Below are positions 9,350 through 18,003 of a stretch of 64,000 nt of DNA, in pieces. The position numbers and the translations under genes were made by a program. Under the pieces are notes generated by a model, which saw only the letters and a program-made list of their open reading frames with translations, was not told the origin of the DNA and searched no databases. Source of the stretch: an uncultured Candidatus Saccharibacteria bacterium (lineage in GTDB: Bacteria; Patescibacteriota; JAUYIX01; CAYNWW01); the NCBI GenBank assembly GCA_964401055.1, contig CAYNWW010000002.1:39935-103934 (forward strand), read 5' to 3'. How positions within the stretch are numbered: the first letter of the stretch is position 1; the number at the start of each line of letters is the position of its first letter.

Positions 9350-10232
9350 GGTTTTTTTCGTTTTTGAATATACTCGTGTCAATTTTATCACTAAAATCCC
9401 ATTTTTTGTAAAATGCGAAGGCAAGGCTGGCTACGTTCAAACAAAAATCTTTCAGATCAGAATTATCATGTTTGCGCAGGTCGTTAGAAAGTAATTCTAT
9501 ATCCTTCTGCGCTGTAGCAAATATTAATTCTTTTGCCTCTTTAACTTTTAAATTCTTCCGCTCTAATAAGAACGATACCGCATTCACTTTCCCTTCTTCT
9601 TGCTCTTTTTCAAATGACCTAACATCATTCGCTAGCCTCGTAACAAGAAACAATCTATCGGCGCTTCTAAGAAATTTTTCCAACTCCTTGGCTGACTTAT
9701 GAGCCACTCGCTCATTAGAGAGAATAAAACATGACAAGAATAATGGCGTACCTATACTATACTTACCCTGCTCGATATATTCGCCCTCATCTACTTTAGC
9801 ATGTAATATTCTATTTGTATTTTCAAAAATCATTGCGTCAAGAGTTTTTGATAATGTTTGCTTCCAATAGTCTAGCAAAAATTTTCTTTTCACTTTGCCG
9901 CATAAAGAGTCAGTTATCTCTGAAATAATGCTTTGATAGTCAGCAAAAGCATCAATTTGCTGCTTTTTAAGTCCTGCAGCAAATAGGTCTTTAAATTTTC
10001 TTACATCTGACAGGCTAGCATTTGTATCAAGGTAATCGTCAATAGCAAATAGCCAAAGAACAACCTTGCTTAGAATAAGCTTGCTTTCAATATCAACCTG
10101 AAGCTTTTTCGTTGTATAATCCACAAAAAAACAGCTATTCTCGATACGAGAGCTCCTAACTACTGTGTGCGAATTCGCCCATTGACTAATATCACGTACG
10201 AGCACATCGTATGTACCACTACTATCTTTCAT
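9330..10232 (-). CDS. Class I terpene synthase (small bacterial terpene cyclase fold)
   Basis: A DDxxD metal-binding motif occurs in LWLFAIDDYLD. An NSE/DTE triad, LANDVRSFEKE, lies about 140 residues downstream. The spacing and the 300-aa size fit bacterial class I terpene synthases. Confidence 0.6.
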   Translation of the reverse strand: MKDSSGTYDVLVRDISQWANSHTVVRSSRIENSCFFVDYTTKKLQVDIESKLILSKVVLWLFAIDDYLDTNASLSDVRKFKDLFAAGLKKQQIDAFADYQSIISEITDSLCGKVKRKFLLDYWKQTLSKTLDAMIFENTNRILHAKVDEGEYIEQGKYSIGTPLFLSCFILSNERVAHKSAKELEKFLRSADRLFLVTRLANDVRSFEKEQEEGKVNAVSFLLERKNLKVKEAKELIFATAQKDIELLSNDLRKHDNSDLKDFCLNVASLAFAFYKKWDFSDKIDTSIFKNEKNHVSRNS

Positions 10233-10241
10233 ACACTTAAA

Positions 10242-11621
10242 TTAATAATGACTAAAAAGACTACTTGTTGCATAAAGGCATTTATCAATCCAACAATAGG
10301 TGTTTTTCATAATCCTGGGATTAAAAATCTGCTCAACAAAAGATTTATCTACTAACACTTTATTAAGCAAAATTCTTTCAATATTTATCCAAAACGGATC
10401 ATATTTTAACATTGGCCGATTTAGAACTTTATTCTCTCCAAAGACCTTCAAAATTAACATTGCCGGATAATAAGGAGAGACATGCCACTTATCGTGAAAC
10501 AGTTTGCCCTCTTCTTGAAATTTTAATAACCGCCTGAAAATTTTTTCTTCGACCTCTTTGTCGTTATAACCAACCTCTTGTATAGCCTCTAGCAAATGCG
10601 CAATATGTGATGGACTAGACTCCATTTCTCCCCGAAAACAATAAATCCTATCACCATCAATAAATTTTCTTATAACTTCATGATTTACATCGACATTATT
10701 TTTTGAAAAAATTTTTATCGCGACAGCTGTATCATCCAAATCAGGAATATTTACAAATTTTGACCAACCGATTCCTCTATCATTATTCCAGTATTTTTTT
10801 AAATATTGGACGGCCTCATCTATATCATTCTGTAGATATTTTTCTATTTTAAGGTAATATATCTCACTCAAAACCCACAATCTAGCGAATATATCAATCG
10901 GGTAGTTCACGGGTAGAGCATTTTTAAATTTTTTTAGTGTACCTTTTATATAAGCAAGTGCAGCCTGATTCTTTGTCTTTAGAAACATAAAGGCAGTAGA
11001 CGAAGGGGAATTCAGAAATGATCCGTTCTCTGATTGTTGAACAAGGATCTTCTTATAATCCAGCAGACCCTCCAAGCCCTCCAAAGAATGAAGCAGCGTT
11101 GTCTGGCCGCTATATATATAAGCGACAGGAATCATTTTTAATTTTAGCTCCCTAGCCATTTCGATTTCTTGAATGATCAGACTATCGTACCTAAGCTTAA
11201 TTCCTAAAAACCGCGCAGTTTTTAATAGTGCGGGAAAGATTATCTCAAACCCCACAGTAGCTCGTGCGTCATTCCTTAAATTTTCTAGGTTGGCCGAGAT
11301 ATACTCCTCTCCCCTTTTGATCCTTCTAGGAGAGACGTTCCAGGTTTTTAAAGCAATTATAGAGCTTAATGTGCAGATAATTCTGTCATGATAATATTCT
11401 ATCCCCTTAGCCCCCCACGAGCCGTCAGCAATCTGATGAACCTGTAGCCAGCGAAGACACTCTGGAAACATTGGGCGACTAGGATCTTCTTCGGAGGGAA
11501 TACGCGCAACCCAAGCGGTATCATATGCAGAAGGCGAGATATAGCCTTCATCAATATTGCGGAGCAGTCTTTTTGCCTTTCCAACAAGAGCTCTTTTGAA
11601 TTTTTCCTCTTTTATAAGCAC
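10242..11621 (-). CDS. Class II diterpene cyclase (copalyl/halimadienyl-diphosphate synthase-like, DxDD type)
   Basis: The catalytic DxDD motif occurs as NIPDLDDTAVAI. The N-terminal SAYDTAWVA motif is characteristic of CPS-type class II cyclases. A QW-like QVHQIADGSWG motif is also present. The protein is 459 aa. Confidence 0.65.
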   Translation of the reverse strand: MLIKEEKFKRALVGKAKRLLRNIDEGYISPSAYDTAWVARIPSEEDPSRPMFPECLRWLQVHQIADGSWGAKGIEYYHDRIICTLSSIIALKTWNVSPRRIKRGEEYISANLENLRNDARATVGFEIIFPALLKTARFLGIKLRYDSLIIQEIEMARELKLKMIPVAYIYSGQTTLLHSLEGLEGLLDYKKILVQQSENGSFLNSPSSTAFMFLKTKNQAALAYIKGTLKKFKNALPVNYPIDIFARLWVLSEIYYLKIEKYLQNDIDEAVQYLKKYWNNDRGIGWSKFVNIPDLDDTAVAIKIFSKNNVDVNHEVIRKFIDGDRIYCFRGEMESSPSHIAHLLEAIQEVGYNDKEVEEKIFRRLLKFQEEGKLFHDKWHVSPYYPAMLILKVFGENKVLNRPMLKYDPFWINIERILLNKVLVDKSFVEQIFNPRIMKNTYCWIDKCLYATSSLFSHY

Positions 11622-11692
11622 GGTATTTACAATAAGCCTAAATTATATAAATTATAACACGACAACCTAATTTTCGATATTGTTGAACTTAA

Positions 11693-12973
11693 TCATAGGG
11701 AGTACAATTTCTCATCTTCATATATCGGAAATTTCAAAACGAATTCACTGCCAATTCCTCTTTTGCTCTGTACGGTAATTTCTCCCTTGTGCGCGTCCAT
11801 GATCTGTTTTGCTACAAATAGTCCAATGCCATCGCCCTCTTCTCGTTGCACAACATCTTGATGCGATCTATAAAACTTTTGAAATATACGATCAAGATCT
11901 GACGCGTCAATTCCAACACCGGTGTCTTGCACCGATACGCAGCTCATATGCGCATCATCAAACGCAACAACACGCACAGCCCCTCGCTGCGGTGTGTATT
12001 TAATCGCATTTATCAGCACATTATCAATCACTTCAACGACTCGCATTTGATCACAAAAAATTCTTTTCTTTGCTTTCAGATCAGACACCACGCTTAGATG
12101 CTTTTGCACAAAAAGCGGACGCAGCGAGTCAAGCTCTTTTGCAACCAAAAAATTCAAATCAACGACAGTTTTCTCTCCTGACTCAACATTGTGACCTGAC
12201 AATGTTCTCTGCCCAAATCGCCGAATAACCGCATGCAGGTTGTCGGCGGAATTCATTATCGATCGAATATTTACATCGTTCTTCTGATTTTTATCCGTCA
12301 TCTGCAACAACTCAGCATTTCCCTTAATCGCGGTGAGAGGATTTTTCAATTCGTGCGAAGCTTCAGCAAAAAATTGAGACTGCAACTCCGCATGCATACG
12401 CGCAGAATAAATTGCTCCGCCAACTGCATTTGCAACCGCCTCCAAAACATCAACGTCACGATCAAACATAAATTCATCATTGGCAACAAGTGCCAAGCCG
12501 CCTATCACTTTCTTGCCAAGCTTGATCGGTAAGGCAATAAACAATTTATATCGAAACATCGCCTGCAGCACGTCACAATTACGCTTAGAAACAATAGGAA
12601 ATAAAATATCAGATAGTCGCGTCGTAGTAAACAATTTTCCTTCCCGCAATGCACGCGCCGATAGTAACGTTGGGTGATTCACATCTAGTACGAGGCCGGC
12701 CAGCGCTTTTTGTGAAAATTTTTCCAAGAAATTTTGAAATTTATATGGCATTTGCACTCGTACGACACGAAATGTTTTTTCGTCCTTGCTCATAAGCGTA
12801 ATGCCAGAAACGCGATATCCAAGTTGAACCAAGAGCTCCTTGAGTGCAATGCGACAAATATCGTCTACATCAAAGTTTCCCGATATTTTTGCAGATACAC
12901 TTTTAATTAAGCTCAGCTGAGCCTTATATGTTGCAATTATCTCATCTTCAGTCGGATAAAGTCTCTTTGTCAT
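11693..12973 (-). CDS. Cytoplasmic sensor histidine kinase (GAF + HisKA + HATPase_c). It probably starts at the Met of AMTKRL, giving an ATGA overlap with the upstream HK stop.
   Basis: The H-box is ASHELKNPLTAIKGNAELLQ; the C-terminal ATPase boxes are DTGVGIDASDL..GDGIGLFVAKQ. I checked the ATGA overlap directly in the sequence (cat at 12971-12973, tca at 12970-12972). Confidence 0.8.
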   Translation of the reverse strand: MTKRLYPTEDEIIATYKAQLSLIKSVSAKISGNFDVDDICRIALKELLVQLGYRVSGITLMSKDEKTFRVVRVQMPYKFQNFLEKFSQKALAGLVLDVNHPTLLSARALREGKLFTTTRLSDILFPIVSKRNCDVLQAMFRYKLFIALPIKLGKKVIGGLALVANDEFMFDRDVDVLEAVANAVGGAIYSARMHAELQSQFFAEASHELKNPLTAIKGNAELLQMTDKNQKNDVNIRSIMNSADNLHAVIRRFGQRTLSGHNVESGEKTVVDLNFLVAKELDSLRPLFVQKHLSVVSDLKAKKRIFCDQMRVVEVIDNVLINAIKYTPQRGAVRVVAFDDAHMSCVSVQDTGVGIDASDLDRIFQKFYRSHQDVVQREEGDGIGLFVAKQIMDAHKGEITVQSKRGIGSEFVLKFPIYEDEKLYSL

Positions 12974-14898
12974 AGCGGTATTTGCACAACAAACTCCGCA
13001 CCCTTCCCTATCTCGCTCTTCACGCTTATCGTCCCACCATGCGTCTCCACGATTGACTTGCAAATCGCAAGCCCGAGGCCGGTGCCACCAAGTGCCTGAT
13101 CGCGCTCCTTGTCGACTCGGAAAAATCGCTGAAAAAGAAGTGGAATTTTATCAGCCGGAATCCCGGGACCAAAATCACGTACGGTAAAATGACACATATT
13201 CTGCTTCTTGTACGCGTTGATCAAAATACGCTCGTTGCTCGGGCTGTATTTAATAGCATTGCTTATCAAATTCGAAACAACCTGAGCCATTCCATCCCCA
13301 TCGAAAAACCCGATCAGCGGCGACTGCACGCTCGTCTCAAATCGGACACGTTTTGTGTTTGCCAAAGGCCTCAAAGCCTCGAGCTCGCGAAAAAAAATAT
13401 CAGCAATATCCACATTTTCACGGTGCAATTCGCGCGAACCACTTTCTTGTTGAGACAACAAAAGCAACTGACTGACCGCTCGCGTCATGCGATTGGCAGA
13501 CTGAATAATGTGATGCAACGCATCGCGCGACTTATCACCCGCAACAGGATTCAACAAGGAAACCATTTCCGCATTTCCTTTAATTGAGGCGAGTGGATTT
13601 TTCAACTCGTGCGACGTATTTGCCAAAAATAAAACCTGAGCTTCGTTCAATTTCTGCAGCTCTTTGACGTGAGCGCGCAAATCCTGAGAAAGCTGTGCGT
13701 GCTCGATTGAGCTCGCGATATGATGCGCAAATGTTTGCAGGAGATCGAGCTCCGATTCCGTTGTTCCGTCGGTAAATTTCGAAACAGAAAGCACTCCGAT
13801 GGCATGGTCGCCCACGATCAAAGGTATGGCCACAACTGTTTTGACGCCAACAGCTTTTTGCACAAGCTGAGCTGCTGCGTTGTTAATGAGTGGATGTGCA
13901 GCTTCGCCATAATCATTCGTCACAAAAACTTTTTTATCACAAAACGCACGCACAAATATATTTTTCTTATCTTCAAGAGAAAATTCAACCTGCGAGAGCG
14001 CCGTGTTGATCGCAAAACCGAATATATGCTTCTGAGTTTCGGTCGCGGCTAACTTCTCGAGGACCAACTTATTTTGTCTCTGGATAAATAATCCCGAAAT
14101 ATCATATCCAAATTGTTTACGTAAGCTCGCAGTAATTGCATCAAATACCTCTTTCACATCAAGCGACTGATTAATCAATGCCGTGGACTCAAGTATGGAC
14201 TTGAGCTGGTCTGATTGTTTTTTTACAAAAGCAATTTGCTTCTGATTTTCCTCAAACTTTTGCGCATTGGAGAGCGCGACTGCGATTTGATTTGCAAATG
14301 TCTGATAGAGCTGCGTATCGGTTTCGCTTATTCGCGCATCCTCAAATCCCATCGTAATCACGCCGATGGACTTTTGTTGCACAAGCAGCGGGATGGCTAT
14401 CGCACTTTTTGATCCCGCCAATCGCTGAAACCCACGGCCCACATACGCAGGAGCAACTCCGCGCACAAAGTCAGCAAAATCTTCAGAATACAACATGCGC
14501 TGCTCAACAAAAGAGCGAACAACAATATTTTCCCTCTGTTCAAGTAGAAAATAGAGACTATTAATTTTCTGCTTCATAGCCTTCTCTACAAAGCGGACTG
14601 CGCGGGTACTGTTATTTGTTCCCTTGCACACTAAGCGCTGCGCCAGCTCATCCCACAAAAATAGCGTTGGCGTTTTTATACCCACGATTCCCGACACCCG
14701 GAATAAAATATGATCAATAAGTTTATTTGTATTATTGATACTGGATATTTCTTGAAGTATGGATTGAAAAATTGTCAGGATGTGCGCGGCCGATTTTACC
14801 TCATTCGACACCTGCTGCAGCCCAATCAACTGATCAACAAAACGCCGCTCCGCGCCCGTCGCCTGTTCTTGTTTTTGCTCAGTATTGATCAGCGTCAT
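12970..14898 (-). CDS. Cytoplasmic sensor histidine kinase with tandem GAF domains, HisKA and HATPase_c
   Basis: The H-box is NTSHELKNPLASIKGNAEMV; it has two GAF-like regions, ATPase boxes at the C-terminus, and no TM segment. Confidence 0.8.
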   Translation of the reverse strand: MTLINTEQKQEQATGAERRFVDQLIGLQQVSNEVKSAAHILTIFQSILQEISSINNTNKLIDHILFRVSGIVGIKTPTLFLWDELAQRLVCKGTNNSTRAVRFVEKAMKQKINSLYFLLEQRENIVVRSFVEQRMLYSEDFADFVRGVAPAYVGRGFQRLAGSKSAIAIPLLVQQKSIGVITMGFEDARISETDTQLYQTFANQIAVALSNAQKFEENQKQIAFVKKQSDQLKSILESTALINQSLDVKEVFDAITASLRKQFGYDISGLFIQRQNKLVLEKLAATETQKHIFGFAINTALSQVEFSLEDKKNIFVRAFCDKKVFVTNDYGEAAHPLINNAAAQLVQKAVGVKTVVAIPLIVGDHAIGVLSVSKFTDGTTESELDLLQTFAHHIASSIEHAQLSQDLRAHVKELQKLNEAQVLFLANTSHELKNPLASIKGNAEMVSLLNPVAGDKSRDALHHIIQSANRMTRAVSQLLLLSQQESGSRELHRENVDIADIFFRELEALRPLANTKRVRFETSVQSPLIGFFDGDGMAQVVSNLISNAIKYSPSNERILINAYKKQNMCHFTVRDFGPGIPADKIPLLFQRFFRVDKERDQALGGTGLGLAICKSIVETHGGTISVKSEIGKGAEFVVQIPL

Positions 14899-14906
14899 CG
14901 TATGTA

Positions 14907-15869
14907 TTAAGACTTTTTCTTCACCCGCGAGCGAGCGCGACGACTCACCCCGGCAGCCCCACGTTTTTTTGCAGCGACTGCATGCCGTTTCTTTGCCACA
15001 GCCCGAGCCGCAAACTCTGCAGCGGCCACCTTCGCGGCTCTATTCTTGTGATATGGACGCGGCGCCCCAGAATCAGACTCGGCACTAGCCCCGTCAGCCC
15101 CGCCCACTTTCACCAAAATCGGCCGCAACGCCGAAGGCCGCACATAATTTTGCGCATGTGCCCGCGCCGCAGCGCCTTTGAGTTTTTCCAGCTTATACCC
15201 CACACCATGCTGCGTATGAATGAGCTGATCAGCGCCCGCACACCCCAACGCCTTTCGCAAAAAACGAATATGCACGTCGATCGTATTTGTAAACGGATCC
15301 GTGTTCATGTCCCACACTTGCTCGAGCAGCATTGTGCGCGTCAACACCATCTCGGGATTGCGCAAAAAATATTCGAGCAGCGCAAATTCTTTTTTTCCAA
15401 GGGCCACCTCCCGACCGGCACGTTTCACAATTCGCTTTGGCAAATCCATTTCAATATCCTCATAAGTCAGCACTGAGCCACCCGCCTTCCCCGAAGAAAC
15501 AATCTCTCGCCGACTCAACGCACGAATCCGCGCAAGCAATTCTTCAAAAGAAAATGGCTTTGTTAAATAATCATCAGCACCCGAATCCAGCGCCGCCACT
15601 TTTGTTTGAGTGTCGTCCTTGGCAGTCAACAGCAAAATAGGTTTTGTTTTATTTTTCACTCCGTGCTCACGAAGCTGGCGGGTCAACTCCAGCCCGTCCA
15701 TCACCGGCATACTGATATCAAAAATAAATAAATCATACGGGTTTGTTTTTGCCAAATACAAACCCTCACCCCCGTCGTGCGCCACATCAACCACATGATG
15801 AAACGTGCGCAAGCCCTTACTCACAAAATTACTGATCGCCGGCTCATCCTCAACAAAAAGGATCTTCAT
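14907..15869 (-). CDS. OmpR-family response regulator (REC + winged-helix) with a ~90-aa Lys/Arg/Ala-rich C-terminal tail
   Basis: The N-terminus MKILFVEDEPAISNFVSKGL...DLFIFDISMPVMDGLEL is a receiver domain; a Trans_reg_C segment follows (LTRTMLLEQVWD..GVGYKL); the tail ...AKVAAAEFAARAVAKKRHAVAAKKRGAAGVSRRARSRVKKKS follows that. Confidence 0.85.
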   Translation of the reverse strand: MKILFVEDEPAISNFVSKGLRTFHHVVDVAHDGGEGLYLAKTNPYDLFIFDISMPVMDGLELTRQLREHGVKNKTKPILLLTAKDDTQTKVAALDSGADDYLTKPFSFEELLARIRALSRREIVSSGKAGGSVLTYEDIEMDLPKRIVKRAGREVALGKKEFALLEYFLRNPEMVLTRTMLLEQVWDMNTDPFTNTIDVHIRFLRKALGCAGADQLIHTQHGVGYKLEKLKGAAARAHAQNYVRPSALRPILVKVGGADGASAESDSGAPRPYHKNRAAKVAAAEFAARAVAKKRHAVAAKKRGAAGVSRRARSRVKKKS

Positions 15870-15911
15870 TGCAATACGTTAATAGTAGGATAAATCTATC
15901 CTAGCAGGCGA

Positions 15912-15930
15912 AGATTAAAAAAAGATTAAA
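15912..15930. promoter_or_regulatory. Direct repeat AGATTAAA-N3-AGATTAAA (11-bp periodicity) within a short palindrome, about 45-60 bp upstream of the response-regulator start; a candidate OmpR-type binding site or autoregulatory operator.
   Basis: Both repeat copies read exactly AGATTAAA, at 15912-15919 and 15923-15930. OmpR/PhoB-family regulators bind direct repeats spaced one helical turn apart. Confidence 0.3.
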
Positions 15931-16030
15931 TCTTCAAAAAAGTTATCCACAGGCCTATTTCAGCCCATTGTTGCAGGAAAATAGCCTCTACGCAAGGGCT
16001 GAGCAAATCTGGCTATCTGAGCCTAAAATC

Positions 16031-16063
16031 AAAAAAGACCGCAAACAAAGCGGGTCCTTTTCT
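16031..16063. terminator. Bidirectional intrinsic terminator candidate (A-run, gaccgc/gcgggtc stem, T-run)
   Basis: The sequence is aaaaaagaccgcaaacaaagcgggtcctttt. Confidence 0.4.
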
Positions 16064-16079
16064 ATCAACAGTGATCACG

Positions 16080-16131
16080 AAAAAAATGTTTGTGTCAACG
16101 AAGGATCTAGAATCCCTCGCTGACACAAACA
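16080..16131 (-). terminator. Rho-independent terminator of the 584-aa gene: an 11-bp perfect inverted repeat, followed on the minus strand by a U7 run.
   Basis: The arms tgtttgtgtca ... tgacacaaaca are perfect and plus-strand A7 sits at 16080-16086. The structure begins 22 nt after the stop at 16154. Confidence 0.6.
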
Positions 16132-16153
16132 CTGATCTGACCGCACGCCTCCT

Positions 16154-17908
16154 TTATTGAATCTCGCCTACATGGACCGCCTCGTGCCCATCGTCCAGAT
16201 ATTCACCGAACGACTCAAACACAAGGGTCTTGCCAGATACATGGTCTACAACCACGACATCCGCAAGTTGGTCCAAATTCACATCACGCACACAGACCGC
16301 ATAACGGCTCTCAGCGCCCGGCTGCACTGCTTGCACAACCAGGAACTGCGCATCATCTCGCGCGCCCTCAAACGAACCCTCAAGAGAAAGCGCCACATGA
16401 ATCGCGCCAGCCGTAGAATCAAGCGATACCAAATCAGCAAAACCATCCCCATCCACATCGCCTAGTGCAGACAATCCGCCGTTTGCAACAACACCGGCTC
16501 GCGCACCATAGATGACTTCAGCCCACGTCTCATGCCCCACAATCCGGCCGCGCTGAAAAAATTGCGTGCCGGTTTTGTCAGACTGATCAGACGTCGGGGC
16601 TCCCAGTGTCACAATTCCGTTTGCTGCCCGAAATGCATTCCAATACACACTGTGCACCAGGCGCACACGACCGTCAGATGAGTTGCGAATCATGGCGCCA
16701 GTGCCATAATAATCGCCTCCCTGAAAATCCTGAACCTGATACCCGTTCCAGTCGTGTACCGCCGCTGACGATGCGCCATTGGCGTACGGCACGCCCGGAC
16801 TGCGACGATCAGAACCATTCCAGATCATGCGGTTATAGCAATCGATAAAATCCTGCGTCGCATTCCAGGAGCCTTGCCCCGGAGATACGCCGCCATTGTA
16901 TGCGTATTGCACAAACCCACCATTGACCCAGCCATAATACGCACCATTGCCCATTTGGCGAGCCGAGCCCGAACGCAATGTAAACTCGTTCGTAATCGGC
17001 ACTCCAAACAAAGATGCGGGACCGCCCTGCGCAAACCAATTGGTCGCAAATCCACCGCGCACAACCCGAGCATCGTGTGCTCGCCCATTGGCATCGTCGA
17101 CAATAATACTTCGACCAAATACACCACCCTGGTAATCTTTTGCAAGCACCAAGTTGATGTTGTTGTTGTACCAGTGCAGATCGGAGGTAAGCGAACCAAA
17201 GTTCGCCACACCGCCATTCCTGTTGTACGCCGCATTTATTGCCTGATTTGCCAAAAACGCCTGCGGCTCGCGCCACTTGGCGAGTGTCGCCGAGTTGTTG
17301 CTATCGTATCCGGCCACATAATCACTATCGTGTCCAGGCGTATATGCGCCGATGCGTACACCCGTATGCAGATGGTGCCAATTCTCACCTGCACACGTGT
17401 AATAGTCTGCGACTTGCGCCACATACTGCCCCACACGCACGTTCATGCCAACTGAAGCAATACCGGCTTGCGCATTCTCGTTGTACACACCACCTTGCAG
17501 ATGGCCAAGCAATACCGTAATCGCTTGCCCGTCAGGAACTGTAGACTCGACGACCAATACATAGCCCTGGCCATAGCGTCCCCCGCTCCCACACGGTCCA
17601 ATCCAATTACCGTACCCATTAACCAACATACTCAAACGAACCACGCCGTTGACCGGTGAAAACACCTTGGTTCCAGTCGGAGTCCGCGACACAACCGAAT
17701 CTTGCCCCAAGTGATGACCACTCGAGCTAAATCCGCTGCTGCCATTGATCTCACCGAAATCCAACGCCTGGTTGCCCACCTTCAACGGACCGCCATCCAC
17801 CTTGTACCCCCACTGATCCAGCGGAAACGCAACTTGCGCCTGCGCCACACCAAGGAAAGCAAAGGCATTTACACACCAAAGAGCTCCCAAAACACATGAG
17901 CGATGCAT
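16154..17908 (-). CDS. Secreted protein with an M23-like peptidase region and C-terminal FG-GAP/VCBS-type repeat; GC-rich and Trp/Gly/Asn/Tyr-rich.
   Basis: It has a signal peptide; HLQGG...VGQYVAQV...WHHLHTGV resembles the M23 HxH region; GDVDGDGFADLV is an FG-GAP-like repeat. Codon composition differs from its neighbours. Confidence 0.4.
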   Translation of the reverse strand: MHRSCVLGALWCVNAFAFLGVAQAQVAFPLDQWGYKVDGGPLKVGNQALDFGEINGSSGFSSSGHHLGQDSVVSRTPTGTKVFSPVNGVVRLSMLVNGYGNWIGPCGSGGRYGQGYVLVVESTVPDGQAITVLLGHLQGGVYNENAQAGIASVGMNVRVGQYVAQVADYYTCAGENWHHLHTGVRIGAYTPGHDSDYVAGYDSNNSATLAKWREPQAFLANQAINAAYNRNGGVANFGSLTSDLHWYNNNINLVLAKDYQGGVFGRSIIVDDANGRAHDARVVRGGFATNWFAQGGPASLFGVPITNEFTLRSGSARQMGNGAYYGWVNGGFVQYAYNGGVSPGQGSWNATQDFIDCYNRMIWNGSDRRSPGVPYANGASSAAVHDWNGYQVQDFQGGDYYGTGAMIRNSSDGRVRLVHSVYWNAFRAANGIVTLGAPTSDQSDKTGTQFFQRGRIVGHETWAEVIYGARAGVVANGGLSALGDVDGDGFADLVSLDSTAGAIHVALSLEGSFEGARDDAQFLVVQAVQPGAESRYAVCVRDVNLDQLADVVVVDHVSGKTLVFESFGEYLDDGHEAVHVGEIQ

Positions 17909-18003
17909 AGCACACCTCCTTGCAAAACGCTCTGTTGATTCAGTTCACTACACACCTGCGAATTTGTAACGAACGATCCGTTCACACAATCGCCAAAAGT
18001 AAA

